From: a virus
Length of the DNA: 64,000 bases
Reading direction: 5' to 3' (one strand)
Virus record (IMG/VR): IMGVR_UViG_3300009155_000040
Location: 64,001 to 128,000 of that record
Shown here piece by piece: positions 16,736 through 25,725 of the stretch (positions are counted from its first letter, which is position 1; the number at the start of each line of letters is the position of its first letter). Both the position numbers and the translations under genes were made by a program. The notes under the pieces are model-generated. The model did not search any database, had not been told where the DNA came from, and saw nothing but the letters and a program-made list of their open reading frames with translations.

Positions 16736-17374
16736 TTGACGGTGAATAAACTTACTCTTAGTGAACATTTGAGTTTCGACCAGGCTAAGATTGTCTTGGA
16801 GAGCGAAGAAGGAAGCAACGGCAAGAAGTCGTTGCATCTCAACGGGATTTGCATTCAAGGAGACATCCGCAATGCAAATCAACGTGTTTATTCTTCTCAA
16901 GAAATTGGCAAGGCTGTCAAAACGCTCAACGAGCAGATCGCTGGAGGATACTCTGTACTAGGTGAAGTTGATCACCCGGCAGATTTAAAAATCAATCTTG
17001 ATCGTGTTTCACACATGATAACCAAGATGTGGATGGATGGTCCTAACGGCTACGGAAAACTTAAAGTACTACCAACTCCAATGGGTCAGTTAATTCAGAC
17101 CATGTTGGAGTCGGGAGTAAAATTAGGTGTTAGTTCCAGAGGATCTGGAGAGGTTGACGGAAGCGGCAACGTTCGAGATTTTGAAATTATTACGGTTGAT
17201 GTAGTAGCACAACCTAGCGCACCAGGTGCGTATCCAACACCAGTATATGAACATTTAATGAATAACACAGGCGGTTACAAGGCATTTCAAGTAGCACAAC
17301 AAGTCCAAGGCGACCCAAAGGCACAGAAGTACATAGCAGAGAGTTTAAAGAGAATTATCTCTAAACTCAACTAA
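16736..17374 (+). CDS. gp21: Prohead protease (T4 gp21-like)
   Basis: LGEVDHP, GVSSRGSG and DVVAQPSAP catalytic motifs. Confidence 0.93.
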   Translation: MTVNKLTLSEHLSFDQAKIVLESEEGSNGKKSLHLNGICIQGDIRNANQRVYSSQEIGKAVKTLNEQIAGGYSVLGEVDHPADLKINLDRVSHMITKMWMDGPNGYGKLKVLPTPMGQLIQTMLESGVKLGVSSRGSGEVDGSGNVRDFEIITVDVVAQPSAPGAYPTPVYEHLMNNTGGYKAFQVAQQVQGDPKAQKYIAESLKRIISKLN

Positions 17375-17387
17375 CTAGGAGAATCAC

Positions 17388-18482
17388 ATGCTAGACATCG
17401 TTAAACAATTGTTTGAAAACAATGTGATTTCCGAAGAAATAAAATCGGAGATTGAAACCGCTTGGACAAGCAGGATTCAAGAAAACCGTGATCAAGTTAC
17501 TGCTGAACTACGTGAAGAATTTGCTCAGAAATATGAGCACGATAAAGGTGCGATGGTAGAAGCTGTTGAGGGAATGCTAATGGACCGCTTACAAGCGGAA
17601 CTAGGCGAACTCGCAGAAGATCGTCAGGGCCTAATCGAAGCTAGAGCCAAATATGCAGCAAAAATGACAGAAGATGCGAAAGTGTTAGAATCATTTGTGT
17701 TGAACAATTTGAAAAAAGAACTAGCTGAACTACACGAAGATCGCAAAGCAGTTGCAAACAATGTTGCAAAATATGAATCATTTATCGTGGATGCACTAGC
17801 GAAAGAAATCGCAGAATTCCATGCTGATAAGAAAGATTTGGCAGAAACTAAAGTACGTCTAGTACGTGACAGCAAAGCTAAGTTTGAGTCTATCAAGAAA
17901 GATTTCATCGCACGTTCAGCACAAATCATCGAAGAAACAGTCTCCAAAGGACTTAAATCTGAAATGACTCAGTTGCGTGAAGACATTGAAGCAGCTCGTA
18001 AAAATGACTTTGGTCGTAGAATTTTTGAAAGCTTCTCAAGCGAATATGCTGCAAGTCATCTGAATGAAAAATCTGAAACTGCAAAACTATTAAAAGTAGT
18101 TAAAGTTAAAGAACAAGAATTAGAAGAAGCGGCAAAGATTGTTGCAGAAACACAAAAACTAATAGAAAGCAAAGAAACAGAGCTACGCATTGCCAAAGGT
18201 CAAGCTGTTCGCAAAGAAGTTATGGGCGAATTGTTAGGTCCTTTAAGTGGTGATAAGCGTTCAGTAATGGGCGAACTATTAGAATCAGTACAAACTGAGA
18301 AATTACGCTCAGCGTATGACAAGTATCTACCGGCAGTAATGAACGGCGGTACTCCAATTAAAAAAGCATTAACCGAAGGCAAAGAAATTACAGGCGATAA
18401 GAATCAGGCACAAACAATCAGCAGTGAAGAAAAAACTGCTGAGATATTTGACATCCGCAGGCTTGCGGGACTAAAAGTTTAA
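17388..18482 (+). CDS. gp22: Prohead core scaffold protein (T4 gp22-like)
   Basis: Coiled-coil, Glu/Lys-rich 364 aa between protease and capsid; SD AGGAG. Confidence 0.8.
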   Translation: MLDIVKQLFENNVISEEIKSEIETAWTSRIQENRDQVTAELREEFAQKYEHDKGAMVEAVEGMLMDRLQAELGELAEDRQGLIEARAKYAAKMTEDAKVLESFVLNNLKKELAELHEDRKAVANNVAKYESFIVDALAKEIAEFHADKKDLAETKVRLVRDSKAKFESIKKDFIARSAQIIEETVSKGLKSEMTQLREDIEAARKNDFGRRIFESFSSEYAASHLNEKSETAKLLKVVKVKEQELEEAAKIVAETQKLIESKETELRIAKGQAVRKEVMGELLGPLSGDKRSVMGELLESVQTEKLRSAYDKYLPAVMNGGTPIKKALTEGKEITGDKNQAQTISSEEKTAEIFDIRRLAGLKV

Positions 18483-18493
18483 GGAGAACTATA

Positions 18494-19672
18494 ATGTCAC
18501 AATTACTCGAGTCACGCTGGTCGGAAACCAAAGACGCTCTATTAGAAGGGCTTCAAGGTACTAAGCGTACAGTGATGGCAACAACTCTCGAAAATACCCG
18601 CAAGTATTTGTCTGAGTCTGCCACAGCTGGCGCAACTTCGTCCGGTAACGTTGCAACCCTAAATCGTGTGATCCTTCCAGTGATCAGACGTGTGATGCCT
18701 ACGGTCATCGCTAATGAATTAGTTGGCGTACAGCCAATGACTGGTCCAGTTGGTCAGATCCACACACTACGTGTTCGTTATGCAGATACATTTAACGATA
18801 CAAGTGCTGGAAACACTGATACAACAGCTGGTGAAGAAGCACTAAGCCCATTCAAGATTGCAGAAGGCTATTCTGGTGCAGCAGCAACAGCTAAAGCAGC
18901 TTCAACAGCAGCTTTAGAAGGCGTAGCTGGTAACAGATTAAGCATTCAAATCTTGAAACAAACAGTTGAAGCTAAGACACGTAAATTGTCAGCTCGCTGG
19001 ACGTTTGAAGCTGCTCAAGATGCACAAGCCCAACAAGGCATTGACATCGAAGCAGAAATCATGGCTGCTTTAGCGCAAGAAATTACTGCTGAAATCGATC
19101 AAGAAGTTCTTTCTTCTTTATCTAACTTAGCAACAACAGTATTAACATACGACCAAAACACTGTTTCTGGTACTGCTACATTCGTTGGTGACGAACATGC
19201 TGCTTTAGCTGTTCAAATCAACCGTGTTGCTAACTTGATTGCACAGCGTACACGTCGTGGTGCTGGTAACTGGGCAGTTGTTAGCCCAACAACTTTAACA
19301 CTTCTACAAAGTGCTACAACTTCTGCGTTCGCAAGAACAACAGAAGGTACATTCGAAGCTCCAACAAACACTAAGTTCGTTGGTACATTGAACAGCGCAA
19401 TGAAGATTTATGTTAACGGCTACGCTACAAGCGATGACGTATTAGTTGGTTACAAAGGCTCTTCTGAGTCTGACGCAGCAGCATTCTACTGCCCATACAT
19501 CCCATTGATGTCAAGCGGTGTTGTTCTAGATCCAACAACTTTCGAACCAGTCGTATCATTCATGACACGTTATGGTTATGTTGAGTTGACAAACACAGCA
19601 TCATCTCTAGGTAATGCTGGTGACTATCTAGGCAAAGTTGGTGTTACAACTGCTAACTTGAAATTTGCTTAA
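18494..19672 (+). CDS. gp23: Major capsid protein (T4 gp23-like)
   Basis: LPVIRRVMP..IA..LVGVQPMTGPVGQIH.LR, A.TRKL.ARWTFEAAQD, EITAEIDQE, AFYCPYIPL, FEP.VSFMTRYG. Confidence 0.96.
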   Translation: MSQLLESRWSETKDALLEGLQGTKRTVMATTLENTRKYLSESATAGATSSGNVATLNRVILPVIRRVMPTVIANELVGVQPMTGPVGQIHTLRVRYADTFNDTSAGNTDTTAGEEALSPFKIAEGYSGAAATAKAASTAALEGVAGNRLSIQILKQTVEAKTRKLSARWTFEAAQDAQAQQGIDIEAEIMAALAQEITAEIDQEVLSSLSNLATTVLTYDQNTVSGTATFVGDEHAALAVQINRVANLIAQRTRRGAGNWAVVSPTTLTLLQSATTSAFARTTEGTFEAPTNTKFVGTLNSAMKIYVNGYATSDDVLVGYKGSSESDAAAFYCPYIPLMSSGVVLDPTTFEPVVSFMTRYGYVELTNTASSLGNAGDYLGKVGVTTANLKFA

Positions 19673-19698
19673 TTAGTAAAGTTCAAAGTAACAAACTC

Positions 19699-19722
19699 AA
19701 AAAGGACCCTCGGGTCCTTTTT
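19699..19722 (+). terminator. Intrinsic terminator after the major capsid gene (potentially bidirectional)
   Basis: AAAAAGGACC-CTCG-GGTCCTTTTT. Confidence 0.9.
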
Positions 19723-19741
19723 GTTTGACTTAAATATCGTC

Positions 19742-20008
19742 ATGGAGATAGACTTCAATAGAGATTTTTCAAACTTACGTAAACAGTACGGAGTATGGCG
19801 AAAACGCTTTCCGATGTTTACACACGATGTTGATCATATAGAACACGTTATAGAACGGCATATACAGAATTTTTCTATTGCAGGCATACATTACAGGCAA
19901 ACGCACAGCAGAACCTACTTAGAAAAAGCCCAGCACGAATTAGACGAAATTGACAGGGTTATTGCTATGGTTGAAAAAATTGAACTGATGGCAATGTTAG
20001 CACGTTGA
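19742..20008 (+). CDS. Hypothetical protein
   Basis: Start refined from 19721 to ATG 19742, which follows TAAATA (19731-36) by 5 nt. Confidence 0.6.
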   Translation: MEIDFNRDFSNLRKQYGVWRKRFPMFTHDVDHIEHVIERHIQNFSIAGIHYRQTHSRTYLEKAQHELDEIDRVIAMVEKIELMAMLAR

Positions 20009-20019
20009 TAAATACAATG

Positions 20020-20101
20020 TCTATGAAAGAACTTGCATAGGGCAAGACTTATGGGGTAACCATCCCCGTAGACCTAGAACGTCAAATTAAGGAGAAACAA
20101 A
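20020..20101 (+). promoter_or_regulatory. Structured 5' leader downstream of late promoter TAAATA (20009-14)
   Basis: Hairpins CUAUG/CAUAG or alternatively CUUGC/GCAAG, and CUUAUGGGG/CCCCGUAG, ahead of SD AAGGAG. Confidence 0.45.
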
Positions 20102-20767
20102 ATGGGACGTCCATTAAAGAAAGATATTAACGGTAAAGAAGTATTAGGGTTACCAGGTTTATCAACAAACACACTAGCAGGTATTGCAGTCAGCGGTTAC
20201 TTTGGTGGTGCATTATCTACAAGTTATGTGCTAATCAAACAACGTGGTGCTCAAACTTACGTAGTTGCAAAGATTGAAAATTTCACATGCAACACAACTA
20301 CAGGTAGCGCAAGCATTACTAACATGAGCGATCAAGTTGAAGTTACAGTTGGTGATGAGATCAGCGGTCCTGGAATTCCATCAGGTGCAAGAATTGCTAG
20401 CCTTGACAGCTCAACAACGGCAACTATTACTGCTGCTGCAACAGCAACAGCAACAGGTATCACAGTTACTCACTGGGGTGCTTTCCAAGTTGGTACAACA
20501 GTTGACACAACTCCAAACGCTAACGGCGAAATCCTAATTCAAGGTTCTACAAGCGGTATGTTAGATGCTAACCTAGTTCCAATTCGTAAACTAACACGCA
20601 GAATTGCTTATGGTTTCCCATCAAGCCCTGTGTTATCAAATGGCTTCCAACGCAGTGAAGATGACAACACATCTACTAACCACGACGAAGCAAAATATAC
20701 ATGGTATCTAGAAAACGATTCATCAGCAGACTACATTGTATTAACAGCATTTACAACAAAGATGTAA
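20102..20767 (+). CDS. Virion structural protein downstream of the capsid gene (MGRPLKK N-terminus)
   Basis: 221 aa with a Thr-rich beta insertion (VGDEISGPGIPSGARI); strong SD; late promoter. Confidence 0.6.
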   Translation: MGRPLKKDINGKEVLGLPGLSTNTLAGIAVSGYFGGALSTSYVLIKQRGAQTYVVAKIENFTCNTTTGSASITNMSDQVEVTVGDEISGPGIPSGARIASLDSSTTATITAAATATATGITVTHWGAFQVGTTVDTTPNANGEILIQGSTSGMLDANLVPIRKLTRRIAYGFPSSPVLSNGFQRSEDDNTSTNHDEAKYTWYLENDSSADYIVLTAFTTKM

Positions 20768-20781
20768 TTTAAGGAACCAGC

Positions 20782-21774
20782 ATGGGACAGGTAATACAGG
20801 TCAACGGCGACTACAATATTAAATCTAAGATCGGGGCTACTATCAAGCTCGATACCGGAGCCGGTGTAGGTCAAACAATCATCACCGGTAATCTTGTAGT
20901 CCAAGGTACCAACTTAACTGTTTCAACCGAACAATTACAGATTAAAGACAACATCATTATTTTAAATGATGGCGAAACTGGACCCGGAGTAACACTACGT
21001 TATTCCGGAATCCAAATTGACAGAGGACCGTCAAATGTTGCAGACGATGCATTTTTATTGTATGATGAAACAGACGGCAGCTGGAATTTATTAAACAAGA
21101 CGGGCAATGATCCGTATAATTTTAACAATACTGCTTTAAGATTAAGAAGTATATTAACTGACACCGATACCGACGGCGGCGATCTAACATTGATTGGAAC
21201 CGGCACAGGTGTTGTGAATGTTGCAGGCACAAACGCTTACGAATTACAAGTTATTGCATTCGGAGACGATGCAATACCAAACAAAAAATATGTTGATGAT
21301 GCTATTCAAGGATCACCAGCAAGACAGATTAGAGATGATAATACTCGAATAATTATTGCGGATAGACAAGCTATTCCTACAGGCGGCGGATTAGATTATC
21401 TAGGTGCAGTTGTAGCTGAAACACAAATTCAAGTTGTGGTAGACGCTATTCCTAACACTACATTTTTTATCAACAGAGTAGTTATTCAAGGGTTAGAAGT
21501 TAGCGATTCAGAAATTGCCAACCTTGATACCAATACAGATACCTATCTAAGAACTACAGGTACAGGTAAACTTAGAACAAATTATGCACTAAAAATTGAT
21601 CAACAAGGATCAAACGTTGCTACAGTTGCAGGATATTCTCAACTGTATGCCAAAACACCAAGTACAGGTAACACTGGTTTGTACTTTTCAACAACCAGTA
21701 CCACAGCGTCACCAAACGGAAATAGAGAATTAATAAGTACTAATAGAGCATTATTATATAGTATGTTATTTTAA
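20782..21774 (+). CDS. Virion structural / fibre-like protein
   Basis: Beta-rich, GNLVVQG...IKDNIIILNDGETG...SGIQIDRG motif; hydrophobic C-terminal helix. Confidence 0.6.
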   Translation: MGQVIQVNGDYNIKSKIGATIKLDTGAGVGQTIITGNLVVQGTNLTVSTEQLQIKDNIIILNDGETGPGVTLRYSGIQIDRGPSNVADDAFLLYDETDGSWNLLNKTGNDPYNFNNTALRLRSILTDTDTDGGDLTLIGTGTGVVNVAGTNAYELQVIAFGDDAIPNKKYVDDAIQGSPARQIRDDNTRIIIADRQAIPTGGGLDYLGAVVAETQIQVVVDAIPNTTFFINRVVIQGLEVSDSEIANLDTNTDTYLRTTGTGKLRTNYALKIDQQGSNVATVAGYSQLYAKTPSTGNTGLYFSTTSTTASPNGNRELISTNRALLYSMLF

Positions 21775-21783
21775 GGATAGGAC

Positions 21784-22134
21784 ATGGCAATTAAAAACAC
21801 ACCAATAACAACCACTGGATCGACTACATTATATACAAGTAGTGGAACCAATGCGATTGTTACAATTATTATCTGTAATATCGGAGCACCGAACGCAACT
21901 GACGAATCGATCAACGCCTGTACTCTTAACCTTTACGCTGTAAAAAGCGGAGAAAGTGCAGATACTAGCGCACAGACATACGGCAATAAAATTGTATCAA
22001 GTCTATTAGTGCCAGCAGGCGAAACGATATTTTTTAGTGATGAAAAGATTATTTTAGACAGCGGCGATTTTATTGTTGCAGTTGCAAGTGCAGGCAATTT
22101 ATTAAGCATAACGGTAAGCACACTAGCAGTATGA
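21784..22134 (+). CDS. Small structural protein (paralog family with 25001 and 39516)
   Basis: ~110 aa, T.LYT...I.ICN...VPAGET...EKIIL..GD pattern. Confidence 0.6.
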   Translation: MAIKNTPITTTGSTTLYTSSGTNAIVTIIICNIGAPNATDESINACTLNLYAVKSGESADTSAQTYGNKIVSSLLVPAGETIFFSDEKIILDSGDFIVAVASAGNLLSITVSTLAV

Positions 22135-22691
22135 AATATTTAAAAACTAAAAACATTTCTAAATTCAGTATCTCAGACGATGCGTTGGTTGCCAAACCAT
22201 CTGGAAGATACGTAATGGATGGCATCGGTGCTCTACGCTTGCCAAAGGGCACAGCAGCACAACGTCCTGATGTTGTAGTTGGAGTACATAACGGTCCTAA
22301 CGGATATATTCGTTACAATACTGATAACGACAGCGTAGAAGCATACATCGGCGGATACTGGCAAACTGTTAGAGCTCCTAGCTCTACAGCTATAACAAAA
22401 CAGACATTTGGCCCAGGCAACGGAGTTGAAACAGTATTTGGTCCTTTGACCACGGTACCTGCAGGAACAGGATATAGAGCTAGTGCTAATAATATCATAG
22501 TACTAGTTGAAAATACTATGCAAATCTCAACAACTAATTTTACAGTCCAACAAAGCACTTCCGGAAGCCTCAGCGGCCCAGGAGCACCTTATGCTGATGG
22601 GTGGTATGTTAAATTTACCTCAGCAGTACCAAACACTGGAGGCGGCGGAAATCCTGTATACGTGACAGTATATCACGGATACGCTGATTAA
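22131..22691 (+). CDS. Virion structural protein
   Basis: LRLPKGT.AQRP...G.IRYNTD...E.Y...W module shared with 22694 and 23905. Confidence 0.6.
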   Translation: MKYLKTKNISKFSISDDALVAKPSGRYVMDGIGALRLPKGTAAQRPDVVVGVHNGPNGYIRYNTDNDSVEAYIGGYWQTVRAPSSTAITKQTFGPGNGVETVFGPLTTVPAGTGYRASANNIIVLVENTMQISTTNFTVQQSTSGSLSGPGAPYADGWYVKFTSAVPNTGGGGNPVYVTVYHGYAD

Positions 22692-22693
22692 CA

Positions 22694-23770
22694 ATGCCAG
22701 TACCTGACAGTCAACTAGGGCGAATTGGCGGTCAACTTTTAACAGACAACCTGCTTAGAGCAGGAGTTGACATTGCTGTTGAAACCAGTTTACTATACTT
22801 AGATGTTACCAACAAACGAGTTGGTGTAAAAACATCTGCACCAACACACCCTCTACAAGTTAACGGAACTACACGAGCACCAGATGTAATTGTTGACGGT
22901 ACTTCTGCCCGAGTTAACAATGTTATAATCAACACCAATGGTTCGTTTAGCACACTAGTTGGTGCGTTAAACATCACTCCAACAGGCGGCCCGAGTATTG
23001 TTATATCGCATGAGCGTGTGATAACCAACAGCTTAGACATCAACGATAACTACATTCGAGGTAGGATCGCTGATAGAAACTTTGAACTGCGCCCTAACGG
23101 TACAGGAAACACCAAGTTAAACGGTAACACCTATATTGATGAAAATTTGCTGGTCAGCACTTCCTTGTTTGCCCAACAAAATGTCAATGTCAAAGGTATT
23201 TTTACCATTGGTGATACTGCATACGATACCCTAACTGTGGTTCCAGATTTTACACAAAGTATAATTCCGGGAGACAACAACCTATATGATTTAGGTACAC
23301 TTGCTAAAAAGTGGAGAGGCGTTTATGTGAACAATAACAATCACATAGATGGATTTACTTCAATTACCGCAACAGTTAGCAATCAAGTGTTTATGAGCGG
23401 TAACACTATCAGCACCTTACAATCAAACGATGATTTGATAGTATCTTCAACAGAAGGTACGATAACGTTAAACAACTTGTCAATCAAAGACAATACGATA
23501 ACCAATTTATTATCAACACCAACAACAATAACTCACACAGGAAACGGGTATCTGCAAATTGCAGGAACATTCGGCTTCCAAATGCCACATGGCACAACAT
23601 TAGAACGTCCAGATACTCCAGAAACAGGAATAACTCGTTGGAATACTGATCTAAGCTATCTAGAATGTTTTGATGGCACAGTATGGGGAGTTGCAACTGG
23701 CGGTGGTGCAACAGTTACTCAAGCATACATGGAAGAGCTAAGTCACGTTTATACTCTACTGCTCGGGTAA
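22694..23770 (+). CDS. Virion structural / fibre protein (paralog of 23905)
   Basis: LGRIGGQLL..NLLR.GVD N-terminus; P.D.N.YDLG...KWR; C-terminal GT...RP...G..RWNT. Confidence 0.6.
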   Translation: MPVPDSQLGRIGGQLLTDNLLRAGVDIAVETSLLYLDVTNKRVGVKTSAPTHPLQVNGTTRAPDVIVDGTSARVNNVIINTNGSFSTLVGALNITPTGGPSIVISHERVITNSLDINDNYIRGRIADRNFELRPNGTGNTKLNGNTYIDENLLVSTSLFAQQNVNVKGIFTIGDTAYDTLTVVPDFTQSIIPGDNNLYDLGTLAKKWRGVYVNNNNHIDGFTSITATVSNQVFMSGNTISTLQSNDDLIVSSTEGTITLNNLSIKDNTITNLLSTPTTITHTGNGYLQIAGTFGFQMPHGTTLERPDTPETGITRWNTDLSYLECFDGTVWGVATGGGATVTQAYMEELSHVYTLLLG

Positions 23771-23782
23771 ATCTCCAATCTG

Positions 23783-23790
23783 TATAAATA
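23783..23790 (+). promoter_or_regulatory. Late promoter TATAAATA
   Basis: Exact consensus; followed by a ~110-nt structured leader. Confidence 0.75.
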
Positions 23791-23904
23791 CTACTAGTTG
23801 CAAAGGTTGACCAAATCTTTGTAAAATCCGACTGTGGTATACCGACAAAGAGCGCAAGCTGAAAATCTGGTAATCCGTGTAAAACGGTGTATATTGGAGA
23901 GCTC

Positions 23905-24990
23905 ATGGCTATTGGTCGTATTTCCGGTCAGCTCCTTAAGTCAAATCTACTCCGTAGTGGTGTAGACCTAGCTTTTGAGACTGATCTTCTCTATCTAAAT
24001 GTTGTTGACTCTCGAATTGGAGTTAACAAAGGCTCCCCAACATCTGTAGCTGGGCTTACCCAGTATCCTCTAGACGTAAACGGCACCACAAGGACAACAG
24101 ATTTAATTGTTGATAATACTCTAACGGTAGGACATTTCACAATCAGTGGAAATACTATTGCCAGCGATTTACCAACAATTACATTTGCACCAAGTGGTGG
24201 CGAACCTACAATTTATCATTCAAGATTGCAGGTCAATGACATTGACATTACAGACAATGTAATTTCTACCCTGAGCACTAACGCTGATTTAGAAATTAGC
24301 CCAAGCGGCACAGGCGCTGTAAAAATGTATTCCGATGCTACAGTTTCTGGTAACTTGACAGTTACTGGAAATATAGATGTTACTGGGAATATTACAATCG
24401 GTGGCAATCTTACCATTGGTGATGCGCTTACAGACAACATTGTAATCAACGCCAGTATCAAAAGCAGTTTAATTCCTGAAAGCGATAATGCCTATGATTT
24501 AGGTTCTATATCGTTTCAATGGAGAACTGTATATGCTAGAAACATCAACGCAGACAACTTAAACTCTGACACCCTTGATGTTGGCAATATTAAATTTTCC
24601 AACAATGTTATTTCAACAACACCCGGTACTGATCTAGTATTAGATCCAACAGGCACGGGCCGAGTTAGACTGGGCAACTTTGCAATATTAGACAACACCA
24701 TTACCAACGTTTCAGTAAATGCTGTAACTGTGTTAGCGCAAACAGGTGCATCTGCATATTTTAGAATAAATGGAACTAACGGATTCCGCCCACCAGTTGG
24801 TACGGTTGGACAACGTCCAACATCATACATGAGCCCGGCAACTGTAGGTGTTACACGCTTCAACATTGAAAGCCGAGCATTGGAAGTTTGGGACGGACTT
24901 GGTTGGGCAAGCCCTGCAGGTTCATCTGGGGCTGTTTCTGAAATTGGCGCCAGCGACATAGCACTTAGATATGTTTTAACACTAGGATAA
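23905..24990 (+). CDS. Virion structural / fibre protein (paralog of 22694)
   Basis: Start refined to ATG 23905 (GGAG SD; MAIGRISGQLLKSNLLR). Confidence 0.65.
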   Translation: MAIGRISGQLLKSNLLRSGVDLAFETDLLYLNVVDSRIGVNKGSPTSVAGLTQYPLDVNGTTRTTDLIVDNTLTVGHFTISGNTIASDLPTITFAPSGGEPTIYHSRLQVNDIDITDNVISTLSTNADLEISPSGTGAVKMYSDATVSGNLTVTGNIDVTGNITIGGNLTIGDALTDNIVINASIKSSLIPESDNAYDLGSISFQWRTVYARNINADNLNSDTLDVGNIKFSNNVISTTPGTDLVLDPTGTGRVRLGNFAILDNTITNVSVNAVTVLAQTGASAYFRINGTNGFRPPVGTVGQRPTSYMSPATVGVTRFNIESRALEVWDGLGWASPAGSSGAVSEIGASDIALRYVLTLG

Positions 24991-25000
24991 AAAGAAGAAA

Positions 25001-25333
25001 ATGCCAACCTCATTTAATCAAGCAATTGAAAGCGGAATTGGAACTAATCCAGTGACACTATTACAGGTGCCTACAGGATTTAAAGTTACAGTAATCGGTT
25101 GCAATTTAACAAACATTACAGAATACGACAACGCTATTGTTGACGTACAGATTACAACAGAAGGTAGTTCGTATGCTTACTATGCAAAAGGTGTGGTAAT
25201 ACCACCAAACACCAGTTTGAAATTAGTAACCAACGGAGAAAAATTAATACTTCCGCAGGGCGGCGGTATTAAAGTAACCAGTGATATAGATGGCAGCATT
25301 GATGCTGTTGTTAGTTACGTAGAATTGTCATAA
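25001..25333 (+). CDS. Small structural protein (family with 21784 and 39516)
   Basis: VIGCNLTN...IPPNTSL...GEKLIL pattern. Confidence 0.6.
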   Translation: MPTSFNQAIESGIGTNPVTLLQVPTGFKVTVIGCNLTNITEYDNAIVDVQITTEGSSYAYYAKGVVIPPNTSLKLVTNGEKLILPQGGGIKVTSDIDGSIDAVVSYVELS

Positions 25334-25342
25334 GGAGGATAT

Positions 25343-25720
25343 ATGCCAGCAGGTGGAAGTAATTATTACGTAGGTACAGATCCATATTCTTCGTTAGGAG
25401 ATACTCCTAGATTTTTCTACGGATTAAGAAAAAATGAAAATGGCAGTATGTTTTTTGAGCGTCTTGACAACATTCGAGATAAAGATACAGTAACTTTAAA
25501 TAATCCAGGATTGGATACTGATAACTACAATGACTTTGAAGTCGGTGTGGATTTCTTTGAAGGTACTGATGTTACACACAATCCTGTATTTTTAAATTTA
25601 AAATACCCGCAATACCGATGGGACGACAGAAGTTTGTTCTATTATATAGACGATGAAGGACAATTGATTGTGAGAATTAACAATGGTCACACCTACAATA
25701 ACGGTGACTCAGAAGGATAA
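25343..25720 (+). CDS. Hypothetical structural-region protein
   Basis: 125 aa; SD AGGAGG; lies between the small family gene and the giant fibre. Confidence 0.6.
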   Translation: MPAGGSNYYVGTDPYSSLGDTPRFFYGLRKNENGSMFFERLDNIRDKDTVTLNNPGLDTDNYNDFEVGVDFFEGTDVTHNPVFLNLKYPQYRWDDRSLFYYIDDEGQLIVRINNGHTYNNGDSEG

Positions 25721-25725
25721 TGTAA

